64,000 bases of DNA from positions 1,119 to 65,118 of the forward strand of contig JAKBAA010000006.1 of the NCBI GenBank assembly GCA_021809425.1. The letters run 5' to 3'. Source of the stretch: Actinomycetes bacterium (GTDB lineage: Bacteria; Actinomycetota; Acidimicrobiia; Acidimicrobiales; Bog-793). The notes below the pieces were generated by a model, which made no database searches, was not told the origin of the DNA, and saw only the letters and a list, made by a program, of their open reading frames with translations. Shown here in pieces: positions 28,367 through 42,166 of this stretch (its first letter is position 1; each line of letters begins with the position of its first letter). The translations under genes and the position numbers were made by a program.

Positions 28367-29461
28367 ATGTTCCGCCTACAGACACCACTGCCCGAGCGCT
28401 ACGTCCACGCCGCGCCCGAGGAGCTCGAGACGTGGATCCGGCAAGCCCGCCAGCGCCTCGGCACCCGCTGCGTGGTCCTCGGCCACCACTACCAGCGCGA
28501 CGAGGTCATGCGCTGGGCCGACGCCCGGGGCGACTCGTTCGGGCTGGCCCGCTTCGCCGCCGACCAGCGCGCCGCCGACTACGTGGTGTTCTGCGGCGTC
28601 CAGTTCATGGCCGAGTCGGCCGACGTGCTCACCGCCGCCCACCAACAGGTGGTGCTGCCCGACCTGAACGCCGGCTGCTCGATGGCCGACATGGCCGACC
28701 TCGAGGCCGTCGAGACGGCCTGGGACGAGCTCGCCCGGGTGGTCGACCGCTCGACGGTGCTGCCGATCACCTACATGAACTCGTCGGCCACCCTGAAGGA
28801 CTTCGTCGGCCGCAACGGCGGTGCCGTGTGCACGTCCTCGAACGCCGCCGCCGTGGTCACCTGGGCGCTGGAGCGGGCCGACAAGGTGCTCTTCTTCCCC
28901 GACCAGCACCTCGGCCGCAACACCGCCGTCGCCCTCGGCTACGACCTGGCCGACACCCGGGTCTGGGACCCGCGCCTCGCCCTCGGCGGCCTCGAGGACG
29001 TCGACGTGAAGGCGGCCCGGTTCCTGCTCTGGAAGGGCCACTGCTCGGTCCACCAGCGGTTCCGGCCGGCTCATGTCGAGGCGTTCCGGGCGGCGCACCC
29101 GGGCGGGGTGGTGGCGGTGCACCCGGAGTGCAGCCACGAGGTGGTCGCCCTCGCCGACGTGGTCGGCTCGACCGACGCCATCATCCGCTACGTCGACCAG
29201 GCGCCGGCCGGCACGGCGATCGGGATCGCCACCGAGATCCACCTCGTGCACCGGCTCGCCGACGAGCACCCTGAGCTCGCCGTCAGCTCGCTCGACCCGC
29301 TCGTGTGCCCGTGCTCGACCATGTTCCGCATCGACGAGCCGCACCTCGCCTGGGTCCTCGAAGGGCTCGTCGAGGGCGAGGTGCGCAACCGGATCGTGGT
29401 GCCCGGCGAGGTCGCCGAGGGTGCCCGGATCGCCCTCGAGCGGATGCTCTCGATCAGCTGA
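28367..29461 (+). CDS. nadA: quinolinate synthase
   Basis: GHHYQ, FCGVQFMAE, AGCSMAD, YMNS, GHCSVH, HPEC, CPCSTM. Confidence 0.97.
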   Translation: MFRLQTPLPERYVHAAPEELETWIRQARQRLGTRCVVLGHHYQRDEVMRWADARGDSFGLARFAADQRAADYVVFCGVQFMAESADVLTAAHQQVVLPDLNAGCSMADMADLEAVETAWDELARVVDRSTVLPITYMNSSATLKDFVGRNGGAVCTSSNAAAVVTWALERADKVLFFPDQHLGRNTAVALGYDLADTRVWDPRLALGGLEDVDVKAARFLLWKGHCSVHQRFRPAHVEAFRAAHPGGVVAVHPECSHEVVALADVVGSTDAIIRYVDQAPAGTAIGIATEIHLVHRLADEHPELAVSSLDPLVCPCSTMFRIDEPHLAWVLEGLVEGEVRNRIVVPGEVAEGARIALERMLSIS

Positions 29462-30308
29462 CCCGGCCGGCGGCCGGCGGCGCCGCCCCCGCCGAAGCCT
29501 CCTGGCGGGCGCGCTTTGCCTCGTACATCTCGACGTCGGCGGCGGCGAGCGCGGCGTCGATCGAACCGCCCGGCGGCACGACGGCCCGCCCGGTCGAGCA
29601 GCTCACCGTGCGGGTGGTGCCGTCCGGCAGCCCGACCACCAGCCCGGACAGGCGGCCGTCGGGCGCGCCGGGCGCGCCGGGGCCGGCCGCCGCCAGAACG
29701 GACGGGTCGAGCTCGGCGAGGACGACGAACTCGTCGCCGCCGAGGCGCGCCACGTCGGCACGGCCGGCGAGCTGGCGCAGCGAGCTGGCGATCACGTTGA
29801 GCACGGCGTCGCCGGCGGCGTGGCCGAAGCGGTCGTTGACCTCCTTGAAGTTGTCGACGTCGACCACCGTCACGGCGAGCGCCTTGCCGGCGGCTGCCGT
29901 GGCGCGCTCGAAGAAGCCACGCCGGTTGAGCAGGCCGGTGAGCGGGTCACGGCGGGCCAGCTCCTCGAGGCGCCGCTGCACGGCGATCCCCTCGGCCACC
30001 TCGTCGGCGAGCGCCCGGCGGGTCGCTTCGACCTCGGCGAGCAGGGCGGCGATGCGCTCGTTGGCCCGGGCGAACGGGTAGGCGGCCAGCGGGGCCACGA
30101 GCAGCGGGGTGGCGAGCGGCGCCACGATCATCACGACACCCCCCACCCCGCCCCCGCCGATCGACAGCCCGAGCAGGGCGTACAGCAGGAAGCACACCCC
30201 TCCCGAGCCGGCCACGGCGAGGGCGGTCTCGGCGAGCACCCGGCGCCACATCCGCCGGCGGGCGGCCGCCGGCAGCGTGCCGCGTGCCGACCCGCGCCGA
30301 GACGTCAT
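29454..30308 (-). CDS. membrane-anchored GGDEF diguanylate cyclase
   Basis: Two TM helices, DPLTGLLNRR, DVDNFKEVND.FGH, RLGGDEF. Confidence 0.9.
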   Translation of the reverse strand: MTSRRGSARGTLPAAARRRMWRRVLAETALAVAGSGGVCFLLYALLGLSIGGGGVGGVVMIVAPLATPLLVAPLAAYPFARANERIAALLAEVEATRRALADEVAEGIAVQRRLEELARRDPLTGLLNRRGFFERATAAAGKALAVTVVDVDNFKEVNDRFGHAAGDAVLNVIASSLRQLAGRADVARLGGDEFVVLAELDPSVLAAAGPGAPGAPDGRLSGLVVGLPDGTTRTVSCSTGRAVVPPGGSIDAALAAADVEMYEAKRARQEASAGAAPPAAGRVS

Positions 30309-30388
30309 CTGCTCCAGACGACCACCACGGGGGTGCCGTTGAGCCCCTTCGCCACGGGCGTCGTGCCGGGGGGACGGGGGCGGCGGCG

Positions 30389-33331
<2,943 letters not shown>

Positions 33332-33381
33332 GGGTCCCGGCACCCTATCGGCTCGCCGGTCGGCGTCGACCACTGCTCGGC

Positions 33382-35463
33382 TCAGCCAACCTCTCGGAGC
33401 TCCCGCTTCAGGGTGCGCACCTCGTCGCGAAGGCGCGCCGCGTACTCGAAGCGCAGCTCGGCGGCCGCCAGGCGCATCTCTGCCTCGAGGGTGTCCACGA
33501 GGCGGCGCAGCTCGTCGCCCGCCAGCTCGCTCGGGTCGTCGGGCAGGGCGACCCCGGCGTGCTCGGCCGCCCGCCGTCCCGTGCGCCGGGCGCGGTCGGA
33601 CCGGCCGTGGTGGCCGGTCGGCAGCGGCGCACCCTTTGCCTCGACGAGCTCCCCCGTCCCGGCCGCCGCACGGAACTGGGCCACGAGGTCGGTCACCGCC
33701 TTACGGATCGTCTGCGGGTCGATCCCGTGCGCCTCGTTGTGCGCCTGCTGCAGCGCCCGGCGCCGCTCCGTCTCGGAGATGGCGGCGCGCATCGAGTCGG
33801 TGATCACGTCCGCGTACAGGATGACCCGGCCGCCGACGTTGCGGGCCGCACGCCCCATCGTCTGGATGAGCGACGTGGCCGAGCGGAGGAACCCCTCCTT
33901 GTCGGCGTCCAGGATGGCGACGAGCGACACCTCCGGCAGGTCGAGCCCCTCACGCAGCAGGTTGATCCCGACGAGCACGTCGAACTCGCCGAGGCGCAGG
34001 TCGCGTACGATCTCGATGCGCTCGATCGTGTCGATGTTCGAGTGCAGGTACCGCACCCGGACCCCCGACTCGAGCAGGTAGTCGGCGAGATCCTCGGCCA
34101 TCTTCTTGGTCAGCGTCGTCACGAGCACCCGCTCGCCCTTCGCCACGGTCGCCTCGATCTCGGCCAGCAGGTCGTCGATCTGGCGCTTCGTCGGCTTCAC
34201 GACCACGGCCGGGTCGAGCAGACCGGTCGGCCGGACGATCTGCTCGGCCACCACCGTCGACACCTCGAGCTCGTAGGACGACGGGGTCGCCGACATGAAG
34301 ATCACCTGGTTCAGCCGCTCCTCGAGCTCCGCGAAGCGCAACGGCCGGTTGTCCAGGGCCGAGGGCAGGCGGAACCCGTGCTCCACCAGCACCTCCTTGC
34401 GGGACCGGTCCCCGGCGTACTGGCCGTGCAGCTGGGGGACGGTCACGTGGCTCTCGTCGATCACGAGCAGCCAGTCCTTCGGGAAGTAGTCGAGCAGGGT
34501 GAACGGCGGGTCGCCGGCGCTGCGCCCGTCGAGGTGGCGCGAGTAGTTCTCGATGCCGTTGCACGTGCCCACCTCGGCCAGCATCTCGAGGTCGTGCTCG
34601 GTGCGCATCCGCAGCCGCTGCGCCTCGAGCAGCCGGCCGTCGCCCTCGAGCTCGCGCAGGCGCTCGCCGAGCTCCACCTCGATCGAGGCGATCGCCCGGC
34701 GCATCCGCTCGTCGCCGGCCACGTAGTGCGACGCCGGGAACACGACGAGCTCGTCCAGCTCGCCGAGCAGCTCGCCGGTCAGGGCGTCGAAGCGGGTGAT
34801 CCGCTCGATCTCGTCGCCGAACAGCTCGACCCGTACGGCCGTCTCCTCGTAGGCCGGGTGCAGCTCGAGGGTGTCCCCCCGCACCCGGAAGCGTCCGCGC
34901 ACGAGGTTGAGGTCGTTGCGCTCGTAGTGCATCTCGACCAGCCGGCGCAGCACGTCCCGCTGGTCGTGGGACTCGCCCGGGTGCAGCACGAGGATCCGCC
35001 CCTCGTACTCCTCCGGCGAGCCGAGGCCGTAGATGCACGAGACCGAGGCCACGACGATCGTGTCCCGGCGCGTCAGCAGGCTCGCCGTCGCCGAGTGGCG
35101 CAACCGGTCGATCTCGTCGTTGATCGACGAGTCCTTCTCGATGTAGGTGTCCGTCTGCGGCAGGTACGCCTCGGGCTGGTAGTAGTCGTAGTAGGACACG
35201 AAGTACTCGACGCGGTTCTCCGGAAAGAACTCGCGCAGCTCGCCGGCGAGCTGGGCGGCGAGCGACTTGTTCGGCGCCAGCACGAGGCTCGGTCGCTGGG
35301 CCGCCTCGATGGTCCAGGCGATCGTGGCGCTCTTGCCCGACCCGGTGATCCCGAGCAGGGTCAGGAAGCGCTCACCCCGGCCGAGACCGTCGGAGAGCTG
35401 CGCGATCGCCTTCGGCTGGTCGCCGGAGGGCGAGAACTCGGAGACGACGCGGAAGGGGGGCAC
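33382..35463 (-). CDS. uvrB: excinuclease ABC subunit B
   Basis: [33 protein letters not shown]-terminal UVR domain. Confidence 0.98.
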   Translation of the reverse strand: MPPFRVVSEFSPSGDQPKAIAQLSDGLGRGERFLTLLGITGSGKSATIAWTIEAAQRPSLVLAPNKSLAAQLAGELREFFPENRVEYFVSYYDYYQPEAYLPQTDTYIEKDSSINDEIDRLRHSATASLLTRRDTIVVASVSCIYGLGSPEEYEGRILVLHPGESHDQRDVLRRLVEMHYERNDLNLVRGRFRVRGDTLELHPAYEETAVRVELFGDEIERITRFDALTGELLGELDELVVFPASHYVAGDERMRRAIASIEVELGERLRELEGDGRLLEAQRLRMRTEHDLEMLAEVGTCNGIENYSRHLDGRSAGDPPFTLLDYFPKDWLLVIDESHVTVPQLHGQYAGDRSRKEVLVEHGFRLPSALDNRPLRFAELEERLNQVIFMSATPSSYELEVSTVVAEQIVRPTGLLDPAVVVKPTKRQIDDLLAEIEATVAKGERVLVTTLTKKMAEDLADYLLESGVRVRYLHSNIDTIERIEIVRDLRLGEFDVLVGINLLREGLDLPEVSLVAILDADKEGFLRSATSLIQTMGRAARNVGGRVILYADVITDSMRAAISETERRRALQQAHNEAHGIDPQTIRKAVTDLVAQFRAAAGTGELVEAKGAPLPTGHHGRSDRARRTGRRAAEHAGVALPDDPSELAGDELRRLVDTLEAEMRLAAAELRFEYAARLRDEVRTLKRELREVG

Positions 35464-35507
35464 GGGAGCATCGTACCGAGGGGGTGCGCGCTCGCTCCCG
35501 GCGACGG

Positions 35508-36239
35508 TCAGGCCGTCAGGCGGCGCGCCTCCAGGCGGGCCTCGACGGCCGTCGCGCCGGCGCGGGTGACCCGGTAGGCAGCCTTGCCGTCGACCTCGGA
35601 GACGACCTCGACGAGGTCGGTGCCCTCGTAGACGAGGCCGACGCCGTCGTCGGTGGCATAGGCATCCGGCAGGGTGCCGTCGGCGACGAGGGCCTGGAGG
35701 AGGGGGCGGCGGCGGGCCTCGGAGTCGTAGTGGACGCCGTTCGCGTACGGGAGGAGCCCGAGCCCGTTCGTGACGGGCGCCAGCTCCGGGCCGAAGGAGT
35801 CGGTGGTGCCGCCGACATGCCAGCACAGGGAGCCGGCGGACACCCCGCCGAGCACGACGCCGGCACGCCAGGCCGACGCCATGGCGGCGTCGAGGCCGTG
35901 CAGGCGCCACAGGGCCAGCAGGTTGGCCACGCTGCCGCCGCCCACCCAGACGGCGTCGCAGCTGCCGACGTAGTCGGCGAGGTCGGCCGACGGCGGCATC
36001 GGGAACAGGTTGCAGTGCCGGACCACCACCCCGACCGCCTCGCCGGCCTCCGACAGCTGGGCGTTGCGCCAGCGCTCGTCGCCCATGGCGGTGCCGACAT
36101 GGCAGAGCACGGGCGCCCGGCCGGTGACGCCGGCGCGCTCGAGCAGGTGGTGGAGGAGCGGGCCGAAGCCGTACAGGGTGCGCTCGCCACGCACGAGGCC
36201 GCCCGAGGTGGCGACGATGGTCGGCCGGTCAGCAGGCAC
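35508..36239 (-). CDS. peptidase E (S51 family)
   Basis: [26 protein letters not shown]. Confidence 0.9.
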   Translation of the reverse strand: MPADRPTIVATSGGLVRGERTLYGFGPLLHHLLERAGVTGRAPVLCHVGTAMGDERWRNAQLSEAGEAVGVVVRHCNLFPMPPSADLADYVGSCDAVWVGGGSVANLLALWRLHGLDAAMASAWRAGVVLGGVSAGSLCWHVGGTTDSFGPELAPVTNGLGLLPYANGVHYDSEARRRPLLQALVADGTLPDAYATDDGVGLVYEGTDLVEVVSEVDGKAAYRVTRAGATAVEARLEARRLTA

Positions 36240-36942
36240 GGCCGCCCCCCGCCCCGGCGGGCCGCCCCGCCCGAAGGTCCTCGATCCAGGACCACGCCCG
36301 GGCGACCATCGCGTCGAGCTCGTCGCGGGTCCCGAGGTTCTCGATGACGAAGTCGGCGAGGCGCATGCGGGCGAGCCGGTCGCCCTGTGCCGCCATGCGC
36401 GCCCGGGCGTCGTCGGGGTCCATGTGGCGGTGGCGCACGAGCCGGTCGAGGGCGACCTCCTCTGGGACGTCGACGACGAGCACGCCGTCGACCCGGGCGG
36501 TCGGGGCGCCGTCGGGTCCGCGCAGCAACGGGAGGTCGAGCACGATCACGTCGTCGCTGTCGGCGTGCGCCGCCAGCACCTCGTCGGTCGCCCGGCGGAC
36601 GACCGGGTGGACGATGGCCTCGAGCGCCGCAAGTGCCGCCGGGTCGTGGAACACGACGGCCGCCAGGCGGGCCCGGTCGATCGGGGGCGGCACCGGGCCG
36701 CCGGCGGGCGACCGAGCCGGCTCGGGGTCGCCGGCACCCGGTCCCGGGAGCGGGCCCGGGGTCCGGACGAGGACGTCCGCGCCGAAGCGGGCAACCACGG
36801 CCCCGTACCCCGGGCCGCCCGGGTCGAGGGCCGCCCGGGCGAGCGCGTCGGCGTCGACGACGACGGCGCCGCGCCGCCCGAGCAATCCGGCGACGGTCGA
36901 CTTGCCGGCACCGATGCCACCGGTGCAGGCGATGACCAGCAG
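36229..36942 (-). CDS. coaE: dephospho-CoA kinase (start uncertain, probably CTG at 36942)
   Basis: TGGIGAGKST, DADALAR, IDRARLA, LEAIVHP; downstream of rpsA. Confidence 0.92.
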   Translation of the reverse strand: MLVIACTGGIGAGKSTVAGLLGRRGAVVVDADALARAALDPGGPGYGAVVARFGADVLVRTPGPLPGPGAGDPEPARSPAGGPVPPPIDRARLAAVVFHDPAALAALEAIVHPVVRRATDEVLAAHADSDDVIVLDLPLLRGPDGAPTARVDGVLVVDVPEEVALDRLVRHRHMDPDDARARMAAQGDRLARMRLADFVIENLGTRDELDAMVARAWSWIEDLRAGRPAGAGGGRAC

Positions 36943-36943
36943 G

Positions 36944-38479
36944 TCAGGACTCGGCGGTCGCGTCCGGCTCCGCGGCGTCGGCCGGCACGGCGTCGGCCGG
37001 CGCAGCATCGGCCGGAACGGCGTGGGCCGGCGCAGCATCGGCCGGCACGGCGTCGGCCTGCGCAGCGTCGGCCGGCCCGCCAGCGGGGGCGTCGTCTGCA
37101 GCTGAGTCGGCCCCCTCAGCCGGGTGCTCGACGGCCTCGCCGGCGAAGTCGGCCCAGGCGGCCTGCGCCTCGGTCTCAGGGGTGAACTCGGCGGCCTGGT
37201 AGTCGAAGCCGCCGATGTAGTTGCCCTCGGCGTCGTAGGCGTGCTCGCCGAACGCCTCGCGGTACTCCTCGGCCACCTCGCCGCCCTCGGCGGCCTGCTT
37301 GATGGACAGGCTGATCCGGCGGCGCTGGAGGTCGATGTCGATGATCTTCACCCACAGCTCCTCGCCGGGGCTGACCACCTGCTCGGGCAGGTCGACGTGG
37401 TGGGCGGCCATCTCCGAGATGTGGACGAGACCCTCGATGCCGTCGCCCACCTGGACGAAGGCGCCGAAGGGGACGAGCTTGGTGATGCGGCCGTACACGA
37501 GCTCGCCGACCCGGTGGGCGCTGGCGAACTCCTGCCAGGGGTCGGACTGGGTGGCCTTCAGCGAGAGGCTGATCCGCTCCTTGTCCAGGTCGACGTCGAG
37601 CACCTGGACGGTGACCTCGTCGCCGACCGACACCACCGAGGAGGGGTGGTCGACGTGCTTCCAGGACAGCTCGGAGACGTGGACGAGGCCGTCCATGCCA
37701 CCGAGGTCGACGAAGGCGCCGAAGTTGACCACCGACGACACCGTGCCCTTGCGGACCTCGCCCGGCTTCAGGTTGACGAGGAACTCGCCACGCTGCTCCT
37801 TCTGGGTCTCCTCGAGCCAGGCCCGGCGCGACAGGACGACGTTGTTGCGGTTCTTGTCGAGCTCGATGATCTTGGCCTCGAGCGTCTTGCCGACGTAGGG
37901 CTGCAGGTCGCGGACCCGGCGCAGCTCGACGAGCGAGGCCGGCAGGAAGCCGCGCAGGCCGATGTCCAGGATGAGGCCGCCCTTGACGACCTCGATGACC
38001 TGGCCCTTGACGACCCCGTTGGCCTCCTTGGTCGTCTCGATCTGGCCCCAGGCCCGCTCGTACTGGGCGCGCTTCTTGGAGAGGACGAGGCGGCCCTCCT
38101 TGTCCTCCTTCTGGAGGACGAGCGCCTCGACGTCGTCGCCGACGGACACGATCTCGTGCGGGTCGACGTCGTGGCGGATCGAGAGCTCGCGGGCCGGGAT
38201 GACGCCCTCGGACTTGTAGCCGATGTCGAGGAGGACCTCGTCCTTGTCCACCTTCACGACCGTCCCCGAGACGAGGTCGCCGTCGTCGAAGTCCACGATG
38301 GTCTGCGCAACGGCGTCGTCGAAGGAGAGGCTGCCGAGGTCGTCCTCGACCACCTGGCGAGGGATGTAGTTGCCTTCGGCATCGAACGTGCCGTAGGCCT
38401 CCTCTGCTCGGGTGGCGACGGCGGTGGGCGCGCCGCCACTCGTCGGCGCGTCGCTCGGGTAGGTCGTGGGATCGGACAT
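36944..38479 (-). CDS. rpsA: 30S ribosomal protein S1
   Basis: Four S1 domains of actinobacterial type; acidic repeat tail. Confidence 0.98.
   Translation of the reverse strand: MSDPTTYPSDAPTSGGAPTAVATRAEEAYGTFDAEGNYIPRQVVEDDLGSLSFDDAVAQTIVDFDDGDLVSGTVVKVDKDEVLLDIGYKSEGVIPARELSIRHDVDPHEIVSVGDDVEALVLQKEDKEGRLVLSKKRAQYERAWGQIETTKEANGVVKGQVIEVVKGGLILDIGLRGFLPASLVELRRVRDLQPYVGKTLEAKIIELDKNRNNVVLSRRAWLEETQKEQRGEFLVNLKPGEVRKGTVSSVVNFGAFVDLGGMDGLVHVSELSWKHVDHPSSVVSVGDEVTVQVLDVDLDKERISLSLKATQSDPWQEFASAHRVGELVYGRITKLVPFGAFVQVGDGIEGLVHISEMAAHHVDLPEQVVSPGEELWVKIIDIDLQRRRISLSIKQAAEGGEVAEEYREAFGEHAYDAEGNYIGGFDYQAAEFTPETEAQAAWADFAGEAVEHPAEGADSAADDAPAGGPADAAQADAVPADAAPAHAVPADAAPADAVPADAAEPDATAES
36974..37075. 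repeat. 15/30-bp coding tandem repeat in the rpsA tail (ADAVP/ADAAP)
   Basis: Repeated gtcggccggcacggc / gtcggccggcgcagc units. Confidence 0.8.
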
Positions 38480-38540
38480 GGGTGGGGTTCGCCTTCGAGG
38501 TGCTCGTCGGACAGGTGAACCGCGATGCTACACCCGGGTC

Positions 38541-41285
38541 TCAGCCCTGCTTCGCGTCCGCCCACGTCGGGCCCCAGGCCAGGTTGACCTCGAGCGGCAC
38601 CGAGAGAGGGAATGCGGCGCGCATCGCCTGGAGGGTGTGGGCCTCCAGCTCGGCCTGCTCGCCGTCGGGGACCTCGACGACGATCTCGTCGTGCACCTGG
38701 AGCACGATCCGGGCGGCGAGGCGCCGCTCCTCGATGGCGGCGTCGAGCCGGACGAGGGCCACCTTGAACAGGTCGGCGGCGAGCCCCTGGATGCCGGCGT
38801 TCATCGCCTGACGCTCGGCCGCCTGCCGGACGCGGAAGTTGTCGGAGGCCAATTCGGGGAGGTAGCGGCGCCGGCCGAGGGCGGTCTCGGTGAAGCCCCG
38901 CCTGCGGGCCTCGACGACGGTGTCCTCCATGTAGGCCCGGACGGCCGGGAAGGCGGTGAAGTACTGGGCGAGGATGGCGGCGGCCTCGTCGACGGGGATG
39001 GCGAGCCGCTGGGCGAGACCGTAGGCCTCCATGCCGTAGGCGAGGCCGTAGGAGACCATCTTCGCCTTGGCCCGCTGCGCCGGGGTGACGGCGTCGGGGG
39101 CCACCCCGAAGATGGCGGCGGCGGTCGTGGCGTGGATGTCCTGGCCGGTCGAGAAGGCGGCGAGGAGCCCGGGGTCGCCCGACAGGTGGGCGATGACGCG
39201 CAGCTCGATCTGGTTGTAGTCGGCCACCAGCAGCAAGGTGCCCGGTGGGGCGACGAACGCCTCCCGGAAGCGCCGTCCCTCGGGGGTGCGGACGGGGATG
39301 TTGTGCAGGTTGGGCTGGTCCGACGACAGGCGGCCGGTGCGGGCGACGGTCTGGTTGAAGCTGGCGTGGATGCGGCCGTCGGCGGCCACCTCGGCGAGGA
39401 GGCCGTCGCCGTAGGTGGAGCGGAGCTTCTCCACCTCGCGGTAGCGGAGCAGGGTCTCGACGAGCGGGTGCTCGTCGCGCAGCTTCTCGAGGGTGGCGGC
39501 GTCGGTCGAGTAGCCGGTCTTGGTCCGCCGCTGCGGCTTGAGGGCGAGCTTGTCGTACAGGACGACGCGCAGCTGGGTGGTCGAGTTGACGTTGAACGGC
39601 TCGCCGGCGAGCGCCTGCACCTCGGCCTCGAGGGCGGCGGCGTCGTGGGTGAGCTCGTCGCCGATCGCCTTCAGCCGGTCCCGGTCGACGGCGATGCCGG
39701 CGACCTCCATACGGGCGAGGACGCGCACGAGCGGTCGCTCCACCTCCTCCCACAGGCGGCGCTCGCCGACCTCGTCGAGCCCCTCGGCGAGCCGCCGGGC
39801 GAGCGCCCCGACGACGCTGGCCCGCTCGCCGGCCGCCTCGGCCGGCGAGACGGCGGTGGCGTCGAGGTCGAAGCCGAGCTGGCCACCGGCCGCCTCGCTC
39901 GTGGCGGGCGCCACCAGGCCGAGCCTGCCGGCGACCTGGTCGAGCGACGCCTGGCCCTCGGCCGGGTCGACGAGGTAGGCGGCCACGGCCGTGTCGAGGT
40001 CGAGCCCGGTCAGGTCGATGCCGAGGGGCAGGAGGACGCGCAACAGCTCCTTCACCCGGTGTCCGACGACCCGGCGAGCCCCGCCGGTGCCGGCCCGGAG
40101 GGCGTCGGCGAGGGCCGCCCGGACCGCTGCCGCTTCGAGCAGGTGGCCGGGGAGGTAGCCGACCTGGTCCCGCCCGACGACGAGGACGGCGAGGCCCTCG
40201 AGGGGCGACCGGCCGGGCGGGCCGGACCAGCTCGGCTCGACCACGACCGGGCCGGGAGCGGCGGCCGCCTCGGCGAGGAGGGCGAGGGCACCGGCCGGGT
40301 CGAGGACGGTGACCGGCAGGGCGGTGGGGCCGGCCGGGGCGGGGCCGACCTGGGTGGGGCCGACGGCGGGGTCGAGCGGTCCGGCGGGGCCCCCGGCGGA
40401 GCGGCCGAGCTGGTCGAGCACGCCGAGCAGGCGCTCGCGCGGGGCACGCAGCTCGAGCAGGTCGAACAGCCGGCCGAGCGCCTCCCGGTCCTCCTGACCG
40501 AGCCCGAGGGCGCCGGGGTCGAGCTCGAGCGGCACGTCGCGCACGGCCGGGGTGAGCTGAAGGTTGCGGCGCACCTGTGCCTCGCAGTCGGCCAGCGAGG
40601 CCCGCAGCTTCGGAGTGCAGGTGGCCAGGCCGGCGTACAGGGCGTCGACGTCGCCGTAGGTGACGACGAGCTTCGCCGCCGTCTTCTCCCCGACCCCGGG
40701 CACGCCGGGAAGGTTGTCGGACGGGTCGCCCCGGAGGGCGGCGAGGAACGGGTACTGCGCCGGTGGAACCCCGGTGCGCTCGGCGATGCCTGCCTCGTCG
40801 TACAGGACGTAGTCGCTGACGCCGCGGCGGTTGTACAGGACCCGCACGTGCGGGTCGGCCACGAGCTGGAAGGCGTCGCGGTCGCCCGTTACCACCACCA
40901 CGTCGTCGCCGCCGGCGGCGAGGGTGCCGGCGACCGTGGCAAGGACGTCGTCGGCCTCGAACCCGGCGGCGTCGAGGGCCGGCACCCCGAGGGCGGTGAC
41001 GAACTGGCGGATCAGCCCGAGCTGCTGGCGGAGCGGCTCGGGGGTCGGCGGCCGCCCGGCCTTGTAGTCGGGGGCGAGCTCGTCCCGGAAGGTCGGCTCG
41101 GACCGGTCGAAGGCGACGGCCATCCCGTCGGGGCGGAAGTCGCCGAGCAGCTTGGTGACCATCGACACGAACCCGTACACCGCCTGGGTCTCCTGGCCCG
41201 ACGACGTCCGCATGCCGGCCTCCTGGAGGGCGAACCACGCTCGGTAGGCGAGCGAGTGACCGTCGAGGAGCAGGTAGGTCGCCAT
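38541..41285 (-). CDS. polA: DNA polymerase I
   Basis: 5'-3' exonuclease motifs DGHSLAYR and EADD; polymerase motifs DYNQIELR and QVHDE. Confidence 0.98.
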   Translation of the reverse strand: MATYLLLDGHSLAYRAWFALQEAGMRTSSGQETQAVYGFVSMVTKLLGDFRPDGMAVAFDRSEPTFRDELAPDYKAGRPPTPEPLRQQLGLIRQFVTALGVPALDAAGFEADDVLATVAGTLAAGGDDVVVVTGDRDAFQLVADPHVRVLYNRRGVSDYVLYDEAGIAERTGVPPAQYPFLAALRGDPSDNLPGVPGVGEKTAAKLVVTYGDVDALYAGLATCTPKLRASLADCEAQVRRNLQLTPAVRDVPLELDPGALGLGQEDREALGRLFDLLELRAPRERLLGVLDQLGRSAGGPAGPLDPAVGPTQVGPAPAGPTALPVTVLDPAGALALLAEAAAAPGPVVVEPSWSGPPGRSPLEGLAVLVVGRDQVGYLPGHLLEAAAVRAALADALRAGTGGARRVVGHRVKELLRVLLPLGIDLTGLDLDTAVAAYLVDPAEGQASLDQVAGRLGLVAPATSEAAGGQLGFDLDATAVSPAEAAGERASVVGALARRLAEGLDEVGERRLWEEVERPLVRVLARMEVAGIAVDRDRLKAIGDELTHDAAALEAEVQALAGEPFNVNSTTQLRVVLYDKLALKPQRRTKTGYSTDAATLEKLRDEHPLVETLLRYREVEKLRSTYGDGLLAEVAADGRIHASFNQTVARTGRLSSDQPNLHNIPVRTPEGRRFREAFVAPPGTLLLVADYNQIELRVIAHLSGDPGLLAAFSTGQDIHATTAAAIFGVAPDAVTPAQRAKAKMVSYGLAYGMEAYGLAQRLAIPVDEAAAILAQYFTAFPAVRAYMEDTVVEARRRGFTETALGRRRYLPELASDNFRVRQAAERQAMNAGIQGLAADLFKVALVRLDAAIEERRLAARIVLQVHDEIVVEVPDGEQAELEAHTLQAMRAAFPLSVPLEVNLAWGPTWADAKQG

Positions 41286-41342
41286 GCCCCGATGCTACGA
41301 GCCCCCCGGAGGCAACGCCCCGGCGGCGGTACCATCGTGACG

Positions 41343-42098
41343 ATGCCCCCCGGCTTCCACCCGCCGCTCGAGGAGTACCTCGAGACGATCTACGGGCTCG
41401 TCGAGGAGGGCGTCCCGGTCATCCAGGCCCGCCTCGTCGAGCGGCTCGGGCACAGCCCGCAGGCGGTGTCCGAGATGGTCCAGCGCCTGGCCGCCGACGG
41501 CTACCTGGCGCGCTCGGGGCGTGGCCTGCTGCTGACCGAGGCCGGCCGGGCCGAGGCCGAGCGGGTGGTGCGCCGGCACCGCCTGGCCGAGCGCTTCCTC
41601 GTCGAGGTGGTCGGGCTGCCCTGGCACCAGGCCCACGTCGAGGCCGGACGGTGGGAGCACGTCATCTCCGACGACGTCGAGCGGCGCTTCGCCGAGATCC
41701 TCGGCCACCCGGCCACGTGCCCCCACGGCAACCCCATCCCGGGCGAGGCCCGGGACGAGACGCCCCAGGTGGCCCTCGCCGAGGTCGCTCCCGGCGAGCG
41801 GCTGCGGCTGGCACGCATCACCGAGAAGGTGGAGACCGACCACGACGCCCTCGTCTACCTCAACCGCCACGGCCTCGTCCCGGGACGCTCGGCGCGGGTC
41901 CAGTCGGTGGCCCCCGACGGCACCACCATCCTGGAGCTCGAGCCGGTACCGGTCGGCCTGGCGTTCCTGGCCAGCCAGTCGGACGGCGCCGACACGGTGG
42001 CCCTCGGGGCCGAGCTGTGCCGTGAGCTGTACGTCAACGCCCTCTCCGACCCCCACCGGGCCGGGACGCCCGCGGGGGCGGGCGCCGGGGCGGCCTAG
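41343..42098 (+). CDS. DtxR/IdeR/MntR metal-dependent regulator with FeoA domain
   Basis: EEYLETIY, RRHRLAERFL, EAGRWEHVIS, CPHGNPIP. Confidence 0.93.
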   Translation: MPPGFHPPLEEYLETIYGLVEEGVPVIQARLVERLGHSPQAVSEMVQRLAADGYLARSGRGLLLTEAGRAEAERVVRRHRLAERFLVEVVGLPWHQAHVEAGRWEHVISDDVERRFAEILGHPATCPHGNPIPGEARDETPQVALAEVAPGERLRLARITEKVETDHDALVYLNRHGLVPGRSARVQSVAPDGTTILELEPVPVGLAFLASQSDGADTVALGAELCRELYVNALSDPHRAGTPAGAGAGAA

Positions 42099-42110
42099 CG
42101 GCCCGGGCCA

Positions 42111-42166
42111 GCGGCCCGAGCTGGCGGGAGGGCCGGAGCTGGCGGCCCGAGCTGGCGGGAGGGCCG
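42111..42166. repeat. 25-bp direct repeat x2 between convergent genes
   Basis: gcggcccgagctggcgggagggccg at 42111 and 42142. Confidence 0.8.

Noticed and set aside
33332-35507. LexA/SOS boxes upstream of uvrA and uvrB
   Set aside because: No TCGAAC-N4-GTTCGA-like site found by eye in the short upstream regions.
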